Shown here: positions 51,782 through 60,752 of the stretch, piece after piece
How positions within the stretch are numbered: position 1 is the stretch's first letter
Layout: every line of letters begins with the position of its first letter
Virus record (IMG/VR): IMGVR_UViG_3300001202_000001
DNA: 64,000 nucleotides
Source of the DNA: a virus
Strand: one strand, 5' to 3'
The notes under the pieces: model-generated
Seen by the model: only the letters and a program-made list of their open reading frames with translations
Database searches by the model: none
Told to the model about the DNA's origin: nothing
Position numbers and translations under genes: made by a program

Positions 51782-53155
51782 ATGAGCAAGTTCGAACTTT
51801 GGGACTCACAGATACAAGACCTAGCATGGTTTATGAATAACCCTCGTGGTTGCAACTTTAGTGACCCTGGGACTGGTAAGACACCTGTAACGTGTAAATG
51901 GTTCGAGTGGCTGTGGAAATACAAGGGAATTAAGGGAGTCTTTTCTGGCCCTAAATCCCTGTTACAGAAGAATTATAACGAGTTCTTTGATTTCACAGAC
52001 TTTGCTCCCCATGAAATTCAAGTTGTTGATGGAACTCCCAAGCAGAGAGCCAGACAAATGGCAAATAAGGACGCGAAAGTCCTTATCATGGGCTATAAGA
52101 GGTTCACCGACGACTGGAGAACTCTTAAAGAACATCACCCCACGTTAAAGGCTCACGCCATTGACGAGTGGCATCTTGGTTTCAAGACTAATGAGGCAGA
52201 GAGGACAATGGAATTGTATAGGGCTATGAGAGATATGCCTTATATGATGCCAATGACGGGGTCACCCATTGATGGTGGATTACATACGGTATATCCCTTA
52301 CTTCGATTGGTGGCCCCTCAATACTATCCTAGCTACACAACCTTTATAAACCAACATGGTATTGTTGACCCAACTTACGGAGGAGTTGTTGCTTGGAGAG
52401 GTCACGATAAAATCAAGACTCTTCTAGGTAGACATTCTATCCGCAGAACTTTCGAAGATGTTCATGGTGACGAGTTCCCATTCATCACAGCAGAGCCTTG
52501 TAAGCAATTTGCTTCACAGCAAAAAGCTTACGACGAAATGCACGAAACTGGAATGACAGAACTGGATGATGATTTCTTAGTCGCTACAGAAGGTGGAGTT
52601 AATGCTCTGCGATGTAGACAACTACTAGCACATCCAGAGACGTTTGGTATCACTGGCCCTAATGGTCGTGATGCCGCATTAAAAGACCATCTGCTTAATC
52701 ACAAGCGGAATGGTAAACCACTAATCATGTACTCTGCTTTCGTGGCAGAGCAGGAGAGAGTAACTAAGATGTGTCAAGACATGGGCATAACAGTACAACT
52801 ATTGAATGGAACTGTTAAGAACCCAAACATTGATGCAGAATTTAGAGCAGGTAAGTTTCAAGTAGTTGTTGCTTCACCCGCTGTTGCTAGTGTAGGCTTT
52901 AACTGGCCACACGTAGACCATGTGATATTTTTATCACTTGATTATAGTGACACCAACTTTACCCAAGCTTTCAAACGAGCTATTCGTGGGAAGCGAGGAA
53001 CTAAGTTATTGGTAACGATTCTATTCTATCCTGACACAGTTGAGCGTAAAGTTTGCTGCATCATTGATGATAAGTCTCGAACTGCCAATAAAGTTGATAG
53101 TACATATCGTGAATTATTTTTACGTCATGCTATTGACAAGGCTACTCACAGCTAG
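51782..53155 (+). CDS. SNF2/DEAD-like superfamily 2 helicase
   Basis: 457 aa. Walker A DPGTGKT, DExH box AIDEWH and a C-terminal helicase lobe (VVVASPAVASVGFNW). Confidence 0.8.
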   Translation: MSKFELWDSQIQDLAWFMNNPRGCNFSDPGTGKTPVTCKWFEWLWKYKGIKGVFSGPKSLLQKNYNEFFDFTDFAPHEIQVVDGTPKQRARQMANKDAKVLIMGYKRFTDDWRTLKEHHPTLKAHAIDEWHLGFKTNEAERTMELYRAMRDMPYMMPMTGSPIDGGLHTVYPLLRLVAPQYYPSYTTFINQHGIVDPTYGGVVAWRGHDKIKTLLGRHSIRRTFEDVHGDEFPFITAEPCKQFASQQKAYDEMHETGMTELDDDFLVATEGGVNALRCRQLLAHPETFGITGPNGRDAALKDHLLNHKRNGKPLIMYSAFVAEQERVTKMCQDMGITVQLLNGTVKNPNIDAEFRAGKFQVVVASPAVASVGFNWPHVDHVIFLSLDYSDTNFTQAFKRAIRGKRGTKLLVTILFYPDTVERKVCCIIDDKSRTANKVDSTYRELFLRHAIDKATHS

Positions 53156-53211
53156 TAAGTGAGACTCGTCTTAACAAGGACGAAACAGAAAAAGTAACAT
53201 ATACAAACAAA

Positions 53212-53886
53212 ATGGAGAAAAATATGTCAGAACAAAACGCAATGGATAAAGCAATCGCCGCCGCTAAAGAGGCCGCAGAAAACGCCCCCACAGTAATCGA
53301 AGGTAATACGGCTGTCGCAACAGCGCCAGCAAAACCTGCTACAGCACTAACACTTGATGATTTCCAACGTGAAACACCAGATGTTGACGCTTGGCTAAAG
53401 ATTGATGTGGATGGTTTTAATCTACGAGACCAAGCAGTTGACGGTTATGCTGGTGCGACTCTCCGAGTAGCATTTATCCTAGACGACTTTACAGCTTGTA
53501 AGCGTTTGAACTACGGCAACCCAGCTACTTATTGCACGACTTTCGATGGTGTTTACGCCACTGATGGTCAGCTATGGAGTGCTGTTGTTGACCAAGGACG
53601 ACGTGCAACAGGTAATGCTAATCTCAAAGATTATAGCTCTGTAAATGTTCAAGGACAACTTCTTGACGATGCAGGTGGAGCTAAAGCTGGTGATACAATC
53701 GGCTACGGTACATCTAAGACTCAAGGCAAACCTCTTAACTCTTTGATTAAAGCAATCGGAGCGGCAGGTTATGGTACAGATGAAGCTGTAGAAGTGGAAA
53801 TCGGTATCGAGGTTATCAGTAACTCTAAGGGTCATAAGTGGGCAGTACATACCTACAAGATTCTAGGAGCCTACAACGAAGAATAA
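53212..53886 (+). CDS. Hypothetical protein (replication-module; possible ssDNA-binding role unproven)
   Basis: 224 aa ORF between the helicase and the ligase. Alternative ATG at 53224. Confidence 0.55.
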   Translation: MEKNMSEQNAMDKAIAAAKEAAENAPTVIEGNTAVATAPAKPATALTLDDFQRETPDVDAWLKIDVDGFNLRDQAVDGYAGATLRVAFILDDFTACKRLNYGNPATYCTTFDGVYATDGQLWSAVVDQGRRATGNANLKDYSSVNVQGQLLDDAGGAKAGDTIGYGTSKTQGKPLNSLIKAIGAAGYGTDEAVEVEIGIEVISNSKGHKWAVHTYKILGAYNEE

Positions 53887-53911
53887 ATAGCGCCTCCAAT
53901 CGCTAAAGAAG

Positions 53912-53934
53912 CCCACGGCGTTACGCGCCGTGGG
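53912..53934 (+). terminator. GC-rich hairpin CCCACGGCG-TTACG-CGCCGTGGG
   Basis: 9-bp perfect stem, 26 nt after the stop at 53886. Its 3' arm merges into the GGGTATAAAT motif. Confidence 0.5.
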
Positions 53935-53941
53935 TATAAAT
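53929..53941 (+). promoter_or_regulatory. CGTGGGTATAAAT promoter-like motif
   Basis: Shares the word with 26501, 31443 and 49988. 42 nt upstream of the ligase ATG. No -35 hexamer. Confidence 0.35.
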
Positions 53942-53982
53942 TTGGATAGAAAAAATTTTTAAAAATATGAAAGGACGTTGCT

Positions 53983-54963
53983 ATGTCAAAAGGACACATT
54001 AAATTCCCATCTATCGGTAGCTTTGCTAACATGATTAAATTCAGAGATAGGTTCAGAAGTAAAACAGAGACAGCTACTTTTGGTACTAAGATTAAACTGC
54101 ATGGAACTAATGCAGGAGTTCGTATTAGAGACGGAGAGATTAAAGTTCAGTCAAGAGGACGGGACATTTCTGTAGGTAAGGACAACTATGGTTTTGCTAA
54201 TTGGGTTGACCTACATAAGAGCCACTTCGAAATCGCTCGTCGTTTGTCTGTCACTACCACCAACACTATCATCATCTATGGAGAGTGGGCTGGAGAGGGA
54301 GTACAAAAGAGCGTAGCAGTATCAAAAGCACCTAAAGCTTTCTATGTATTCGCAATCTGTATTATGGCTGCTGGCGGTAGCAAGAGATATATCGTAGAGC
54401 CTAGTGTGATTGAACAATATGTTCCAGCCGCAGAAGGTTTGTACATTCTACCTTGGTTTAAAGAGCCTGTTAAGGTTGACTTCGGCAACTCTTTCAATAC
54501 TCCAGAAGTTGTAGCAACTTACCTGAATGAGGAAGTTGCTAAGATTGATGAAGTTGACCCCTATATAAAAGACCTATACGGAATTGAGGCTGTGGGGGAA
54601 GGACTCGTAGGCTACTGCCTAGACGAGCTTGAAGAGTCAGGCTGGTGGTTCAAGGTTAAGGGTTCCAAGCACACTGTTAACGACGAAGCAAAGATTGCAA
54701 AGGTTCAGAGACGTGCTGGTCAAGAGTACCATGACCTAGCAGAGGCTTTCCTGACAGAGGGACGTTTCAACCAAGCTATCTTCGAGAAGAATTTAGACTT
54801 CGACAAAAAGAACACTGGCCCGTTCCTATCATGGGTGATGCAGGACATTCAGAAAGAGTCTTCTAATGAGCGCGAAGAACTCCAGATTGAATGGAGACTA
54901 TGGGCAGGTATTTTGTCTAAGGGAGCGCGGGAATGGTTCCTAGCGAAGTGTGATGCAGTCTAG
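53983..54963 (+). CDS. Rnl2-family RNA ligase
   Basis: 326 aa. KLHGTNAGV (KxHGTN motif I), IYGEWAGEGVQKSV..AFYVFAI, GEGLVGY and WFKVKGSKH parallel T4 Rnl2 KIHGTNFSL, VFGEFAGPGIQKNV..DFYVFDI, AEGYVLK and AIKCKNSKF. Confidence 0.75.
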   Translation: MSKGHIKFPSIGSFANMIKFRDRFRSKTETATFGTKIKLHGTNAGVRIRDGEIKVQSRGRDISVGKDNYGFANWVDLHKSHFEIARRLSVTTTNTIIIYGEWAGEGVQKSVAVSKAPKAFYVFAICIMAAGGSKRYIVEPSVIEQYVPAAEGLYILPWFKEPVKVDFGNSFNTPEVVATYLNEEVAKIDEVDPYIKDLYGIEAVGEGLVGYCLDELEESGWWFKVKGSKHTVNDEAKIAKVQRRAGQEYHDLAEAFLTEGRFNQAIFEKNLDFDKKNTGPFLSWVMQDIQKESSNEREELQIEWRLWAGILSKGAREWFLAKCDAV

Positions 54964-55228
54964 TAAAGTTTTAATTACAGATAGGTTGCGTAAGAAACAG
55001 GATGGTAAAGCACGAGTGTTTTACCATCCAGAAAACGTACCCTTTGGAACGCCTGTAATTTATCAGGTCATGTTGAATGGTGGAGAGATAGTTATAACAG
55101 ACTCTCGCATTTATGCTCTAGCTTATGCTGATGGTATCAACCACCTACACGTTTACGGAAAACACAAAGTCTTTCCACGTAAGATGTGTTTCGAACAGGA
55201 AAATTTAGAACATATGGAAACTTTATGA
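54950..55228 (+). CDS. Hypothetical protein
   Basis: 92 aa ORF overlapping both neighbours. Confidence 0.45.
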   Translation: MMQSSKVLITDRLRKKQDGKARVFYHPENVPFGTPVIYQVMLNGGEIVITDSRIYALAYADGINHLHVYGKHKVFPRKMCFEQENLEHMETL

Positions 55229-56004
55229 AGTATCAAATTATAGACGGTAACAATCTCATGCACAGACTCGTGCACACAGACCCCTACCCCCTCAAATCAT
55301 TCATGTACGCTGTACACGGAGCGCAGTACCCTATCATCGTTTGGGATGGTTACAATGCTCTAGCAGAGAGACGTAAAATCTATCCAGAGTACAAGGTCAA
55401 TAGAAACAGTAAACCAAAAGACCCCATCACTTATGAGTCAATGGATATTGCCAGAAGAATTTGTGAGAACCTTGAGTGTATTCAGGTAAGGGTAGACGGT
55501 TTCGAGGCTGATGATGTAATTGCCCACATGGTAGACCTGTTAGGTAAAGATAACGTGACCTACATCCACTCAAACGATATTGACTTGGCTGGATTTGGAA
55601 TCCCAACTCTCTATACTAAACCTGTTCCAGACCATCTTAAACTTTACAAGACTCTGGTTGGTAAGTCGTCTGATAATGTTAAAGGGCTTCGCCTGTTCGG
55701 GCCGAAGGCTTGGGAGAAATTAGAAGATTGGGAAAAGAATAATATAGAGTTTCTTTTATCGGGAATTAACTGTTTTAATTTCACTATATCTCCCCTTGGA
55801 ACTAATATTACACCTAGTTTGGTTTCCGATGATAAATTAAAAGATAAACTGTTAGACAACCTAGATAATTTAAAGAAGCTATGGCAAATCTCTAACTTCT
55901 TACCTGTACCCCAAGAGGCTTTGGATAAAGGCACGATAAAAGGTACAGAAAATATGCAGGAAATTGAAATGATTAGGAGTCAGTACCTGTTATGGAACGA
56001 GTAA
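55225..56004 (+). CDS. 5'-3' exonuclease / flap endonuclease
   Basis: Start moved to the ATG in an ATGA overlap. MKYQIIDGNNLMHR, VWDG, GFEADD and H3TH-like LVGKSSDNVKGL. Confidence 0.8.
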   Translation: MKYQIIDGNNLMHRLVHTDPYPLKSFMYAVHGAQYPIIVWDGYNALAERRKIYPEYKVNRNSKPKDPITYESMDIARRICENLECIQVRVDGFEADDVIAHMVDLLGKDNVTYIHSNDIDLAGFGIPTLYTKPVPDHLKLYKTLVGKSSDNVKGLRLFGPKAWEKLEDWEKNNIEFLLSGINCFNFTISPLGTNITPSLVSDDKLKDKLLDNLDNLKKLWQISNFLPVPQEALDKGTIKGTENMQEIEMIRSQYLLWNE

Positions 56005-58538
56005 TTATACCACAAGACATTCTTATCGACGCAAGAAACGTAGATGAAATGTTACCCAAGTTAATGGAAGAGTTTGAACCTTCCGACACAAATGGTTTTG
56101 ACCTTGAGACTTTCGACAAGGCTCACGATGCTTTGGCAGCATACTGTAAGTCTAAGCGAAAGCTAGTGTTTGACATTAACAGAACTAAAATCACAGGCTT
56201 CTCTATCTATGCCAAAGATAATAGTCAGAGCTATTACTTCAACATCTTCCACAAGGATGTAGAGAATAGAATCCCACTTGAGAAAGTAATCCCATTACTT
56301 GACCTGCTGACTCGTGAGGATAAACTTTTGATTGCCCACAATTCAGTGTTCGAACTGACCATGACAAAGATGGTGTGGGGTTATGACCTGTGCCGAAATG
56401 ATAACGTAATCTGTACCATGATTATGGCCGTAACAGCTTACAACCCTGATGAATACAGGATTGAAGACTTTACAGAGCAGCGTATGAAACCAATGGCTCC
56501 CCTGTTAAAGGATATTAAGGAAGCTTTCACTCCTGATGCGGAAGGTAATTACCCGACATACAATCTCAATGAGGAACAGAGAAGAATCATCGGACAGGTT
56601 GCCTCTAAGACTTCCACTTCCACTTTCAGTTACAATGGTATGGTGAATAACATTACCTTCACCTATGGCTTAAAGAGAATGGTAGAGAGATTCTTCGGAC
56701 ACAAGATGCAAACCTTTAAAGAGACACTAGAAGCTGGTAACGCTGCTCACATGGGAGAGCTAACAGGTGAGCAAACATGCTCATACGGTGCTGATGATGC
56801 GTTTTGGGCTGTGAAAATCTACGACCACTTGTTTAACTACATGCTGAACTCAAACCCGAAGGCTCTACAAACTTTCTATACTCAAGAGAACCCTATGGCC
56901 CAACACTACAGCCAAATGTGGGCTAACGGTATGCAAATTGACCAAGAGGCAGTTGCTTCAAGCATCCAGAGAGAGCGTAAGGCTATGGCTCAAATCCTAA
57001 GAGACCTCAAGGTAGCTATCAAGGGAGCACTTCCGTTTCCTGATGAATACAATGAGGCCATGTTGAAGCATAACAAAATCTATCGTAACAACTCTGACAA
57101 ATACCGTCAGGCTATTATAGACTTCTCTAACTTACCTGACAGTGACGACGACTACACTATGGTAAGACAAGTGAAGTCAGCGATTACAAAGGCATGGTCT
57201 CAAGAGAAAGGTGACAAGGAATCTAAGTCAGTCAACCTCAACTACTACGTCACAATGCAGACAGTGTTGTATGACCTTCTACAGTTGAAGCCACAGTACA
57301 ACCAAGGTAAGTTAACAGCAGATAAAGATGCCCGTCGTAACCTAGCTGACGCGAACAAAGATGTTCCAGTTATCAAGACTCTAACGAGCTTGAGTAGGGT
57401 GGAACAGGCTGTGTCTCTATACCTGACGCCTTACTCTGCTCTTATCAACCCAACCACAGGTAAGATTCACCCTGTAGTGTCGTCAGAATTGGCTACAAGA
57501 CGCCTTGCAATGAAAGACCCTAACGGTATGCAACTGGCTAAGAGAGGGGAGTCTGTGTACATCAGAGGCTTCTACCTTCCAGATGAACCAGAGCATGTAA
57601 TCATTTCACTAGATTGGTCACAAGTCGAACTGGTTTTGATTGGTGAGCTTTCAGGAGACCCTGAATTTGCTGCTTGCTACAGTAGTGTACCTTATGAAGA
57701 CCTACACTCGGTTGCAGCCGCACCTCTAGCGGCTAAAATGGATAAGGTTCCATACACTCTTGAAGAGTTCAAGGCTCTTGAGAAGAAGCTATACAAGAAA
57801 CACCGTAACGAGCTAGGTAAAGGTTCCAACTTCGAATACTGGTACTCTGGTGGCCTATGGACACTTGCTACTAAGTTAAAACTATCCTTCGAGGATGCTA
57901 AAGAGCTTGCACAAAGATACGCTGACAAGTTCCATGTCGCAGAGGCATGGAGAAAAGGTGTAATCATGGACGCAGCTTTGAACGGACACATAGAGCTACC
58001 AGATGGTACAAGACGTGTACGCTTCGAGTCCACAGCAGAGTGGAAGAGATTGATGCAATCATTCTTCGCAGGACACCCAGCAGTGAAAGCCTTTGGTGAG
58101 CAAGTCATTCGCAAGATTCAGAAGCGCTCTGGTAACCAAGCTGTTAATGCTTTAATCCAAGGTAGCTGTGCTACCCTAGCTAAGAGAAGCGCAGAACGCA
58201 TCGTTAAAGAGTGTAAGAAGCGTGGATTAAGAGTTAGGTTTATGATGCCTATTCACGACGAGCTTGTTTGGTCTGTACACAATGAAGATGTGTTAGAGTT
58301 CCTAGCAGTCGCGAGACAGTGTATGACAACTCACCCTGATATTATTTCTAATTTGGTGCTTGACTGTACAGCATCAATAGGTAATACTTTCCGTCCATAC
58401 GATAAAGAGAACGCCCCATTCGGGCAAATCGAATTGGACGAGTTGCCACTTGAGTTCTGTGTAACCACAGAGGAAGAGGGTAGAGCAACCGAGGAAGAAA
58501 CTAAGGCAGTCGTAGACTACCTGATGAAAGGAAAATAA
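55992..58538 (+). CDS. Family A DNA polymerase with 3'-5' proofreading exonuclease
   Basis: 848 aa. Exo motifs FDLETF, HNSVFEL and YGADDA. Pol motif A SLDWSQVELVLIG, motif B KGSNFEYWYSG and motif C PIHDELVW. Confidence 0.9.
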   Translation: MERVIIPQDILIDARNVDEMLPKLMEEFEPSDTNGFDLETFDKAHDALAAYCKSKRKLVFDINRTKITGFSIYAKDNSQSYYFNIFHKDVENRIPLEKVIPLLDLLTREDKLLIAHNSVFELTMTKMVWGYDLCRNDNVICTMIMAVTAYNPDEYRIEDFTEQRMKPMAPLLKDIKEAFTPDAEGNYPTYNLNEEQRRIIGQVASKTSTSTFSYNGMVNNITFTYGLKRMVERFFGHKMQTFKETLEAGNAAHMGELTGEQTCSYGADDAFWAVKIYDHLFNYMLNSNPKALQTFYTQENPMAQHYSQMWANGMQIDQEAVASSIQRERKAMAQILRDLKVAIKGALPFPDEYNEAMLKHNKIYRNNSDKYRQAIIDFSNLPDSDDDYTMVRQVKSAITKAWSQEKGDKESKSVNLNYYVTMQTVLYDLLQLKPQYNQGKLTADKDARRNLADANKDVPVIKTLTSLSRVEQAVSLYLTPYSALINPTTGKIHPVVSSELATRRLAMKDPNGMQLAKRGESVYIRGFYLPDEPEHVIISLDWSQVELVLIGELSGDPEFAACYSSVPYEDLHSVAAAPLAAKMDKVPYTLEEFKALEKKLYKKHRNELGKGSNFEYWYSGGLWTLATKLKLSFEDAKELAQRYADKFHVAEAWRKGVIMDAALNGHIELPDGTRRVRFESTAEWKRLMQSFFAGHPAVKAFGEQVIRKIQKRSGNQAVNALIQGSCATLAKRSAERIVKECKKRGLRVRFMMPIHDELVWSVHNEDVLEFLAVARQCMTTHPDIISNLVLDCTASIGNTFRPYDKENAPFGQIELDELPLEFCVTTEEEGRATEEETKAVVDYLMKGK

Positions 58539-58539
58539 A

Positions 58540-58722
58540 ATGACCTTACTAGGTTACACATGGACAGCTATCTTTAGTTTTGTTTGTTTGTTCTGGAGCT
58601 TATGTTTTGGTGCATTCTTCGACCATGAGTTCCTAGATGTGGTCGCTATAGTATCAGCATCGTACCTCGGCTTCATCGTATGTCCTTTGTACAGGGCGTA
58701 CAAATATGAAACCAAACAATAA
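58540..58722 (+). CDS. Small membrane protein
   Basis: 60 aa with two hydrophobic helices, 1 nt after the polymerase stop. Confidence 0.45.
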   Translation: MTLLGYTWTAIFSFVCLFWSLCFGAFFDHEFLDVVAIVSASYLGFIVCPLYRAYKYETKQ

Positions 58723-59179
58723 AGGTAAAGAGGTTGAAACTCTATTCCAAACAACGCTAGAGACTGCCTTTAAAAAGGCAGTCTTTATCGAAAGATTTAC
58801 AGACACGGCAGATGCAACTGCTAAAGCCAATGGGCGTGGACGTAGGACAGGACGTAAGAAAACTGTCGTTATAGTCGAGGCTCAACCCGCAGACTTTATG
58901 GTGACACTCAATGGTGTCACTGCCTACACAGAGGTAAAGGACTGCAACAACAAGACGTCGTTCCCCTTCGGCAACATCACAACCAGCCAAATGAATGCGG
59001 CTAAGAGACAAGTGGCTGCAAAGGGATTATACTTCTTCGTTATTCATCATCAAGGACAATGGCACTGTGTTCCTGCCAAGGTTATCCTTGAAACAACGAC
59101 TAGGAAGTCTCTCCCTTGGAAAGACTTACAACCCTATCAGTTGAAGAAGCTGGTAGATATTAAAAGGTACTTTAAATAA
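58706..59179 (+). CDS. RecU-like PD-(D/E)XK nuclease / Holliday junction resolvase
   Basis: 157 aa. PADFMV...TEVKD (D...E.K core), FPFGNITTSQ and GLYFFVIH resemble the RecU layout. Confidence 0.55.
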   Translation: MKPNNKGKEVETLFQTTLETAFKKAVFIERFTDTADATAKANGRGRRTGRKKTVVIVEAQPADFMVTLNGVTAYTEVKDCNNKTSFPFGNITTSQMNAAKRQVAAKGLYFFVIHHQGQWHCVPAKVILETTTRKSLPWKDLQPYQLKKLVDIKRYFK

Positions 59180-59772
59180 TGGCAAGACACGGATTAAATC
59201 CAGACACATTCAATAAACATGGTGGCATGACCGACATTATGATTGATATTGAAACAGACGGGCTTGACGCTCGTAAGAATAGCATGGTTCAACTCGCTGC
59301 TAAGAAATTCAATTTCAAGACAGGCCAGATTGGTGATGATGTATTCATCGCTAACATCAAACCACTAGAAGGAAGGGTACAAGACCCTAATACAATGGAG
59401 TGGTGGTCTAAACAAGACGCAGCCATTAGAGAAGGTGTGTTTGAGAATCCTCTTGACGCTAAGCTAGTAATGGATGCCTTTGCAGATTGGTGCTACCCAC
59501 AAAATACGCTACACTTTTGGGGTAAACCTACACACTTTGATTTCGTTTGGATTCAGTCCTACTACGAAGAACTTCAAATCCCCATGCCATTCCATTATAG
59601 AATGGCTAAAGATATGAACAGTGTTATTACAGGTATGTACCATCCAAAGGACAGACCTCCTGATTCAGAAGTTCCCTATAAGGATATTGGTGGAGCACAT
59701 AACGCATTGAGCGATGTGATTAACCAGATTTCGGAGTTACTTGCACATGAAAAACACGCACGAACTTACTAA
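59179..59772 (+). CDS. DEDDh (DnaQ-like) 3'-5' exonuclease
   Basis: 197 aa. ExoI MIDIETDGL and ExoIII GGAHNALSD. Confidence 0.75.
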   Translation: MARHGLNPDTFNKHGGMTDIMIDIETDGLDARKNSMVQLAAKKFNFKTGQIGDDVFIANIKPLEGRVQDPNTMEWWSKQDAAIREGVFENPLDAKLVMDAFADWCYPQNTLHFWGKPTHFDFVWIQSYYEELQIPMPFHYRMAKDMNSVITGMYHPKDRPPDSEVPYKDIGGAHNALSDVINQISELLAHEKHARTY

Positions 59773-60751
59773 TGGTGGTAAGCTACTAACCATTGGTGAC
59801 CCACACTTAGGGCGTACATTCACTACGAATGTGCCTCTTGAGTTCAGGGGCATCAGGGAACAACAGCTAAGAGATAGATACACAGAACTATTGAACACGC
59901 CAGACATGAACTACATCTGTATGATGGGCGACCTGTTTGACGAGTTTGATGTTCCTAATGATGTAATCCTGTTCGCATGGCAGACCTTAATGACAGCAGC
60001 ATTGGCTAACCCCAACACTATGTATATCTTCAACAGAGGTAATCACGACGAGTCTCGTAACACGTCTCTGAAATCCTCATGGGCTGTGTTCAAAGAAATG
60101 TCAGACCGAGCAGGTCTAGTTAATGTTAAGGTGATGGGAGACGATGTAGAGGTTATTGGTAAAATTGGTATCGTACCTTGGCATCCTTTCCACTCACCAG
60201 AAGAAATGGTATCAAATCTAATTGGTTATATGGAAGCAGCCAACTGGCCGTGTGTGCTAGATTACGTGTTAACTCACAATGATGTTAGCACCTATGGTTC
60301 AGACCACGACCCTCAAAACCTAATGGATTTCAAAGGTTTAGCTAAACTAACTGATGTAGTCCTCAACGGCCACGTCCACGTAGCAGGAGAACTAGAACCA
60401 ATAGAAGGTCTCAAAGTAATCAACACAGGCTCTATGATGCCTCTCAATTTTGCAGAGGATAAGACAGGAGATATGTTTGTGACCTTAACCTTGGAGCAAT
60501 TCAACAAGGTAGATACCAAAACACTTGAGGGTAAGTCCGTGAGAGTTTTATTGAAACCCGATGATGAAGCTCCAGACCCAATCAAATGTCTACAATTTAA
60601 AGTAAAACGAGTAAGCGAAAAAGGAACAGAAGAAGTAGGAGAGGTTAAGCCAGAAGATTTTGAATTAAAAACTCTGTACGACACAGCTATGACTGGAGTT
60701 GCTGACCCTTTAAACACAGAAATTTGGGAGTCCATCAAGGACAAATTATAA
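59741..60751 (+). CDS. SbcD/Mre11-like nuclease
   Basis: 336 aa. Metallophosphoesterase motifs GDPHLG, GDLFD, GNHD and NGHVH. Confidence 0.8.
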   Translation: MHMKNTHELTNGGKLLTIGDPHLGRTFTTNVPLEFRGIREQQLRDRYTELLNTPDMNYICMMGDLFDEFDVPNDVILFAWQTLMTAALANPNTMYIFNRGNHDESRNTSLKSSWAVFKEMSDRAGLVNVKVMGDDVEVIGKIGIVPWHPFHSPEEMVSNLIGYMEAANWPCVLDYVLTHNDVSTYGSDHDPQNLMDFKGLAKLTDVVLNGHVHVAGELEPIEGLKVINTGSMMPLNFAEDKTGDMFVTLTLEQFNKVDTKTLEGKSVRVLLKPDDEAPDPIKCLQFKVKRVSEKGTEEVGEVKPEDFELKTLYDTAMTGVADPLNTEIWESIKDKL

Positions 60752-60752
60752 T

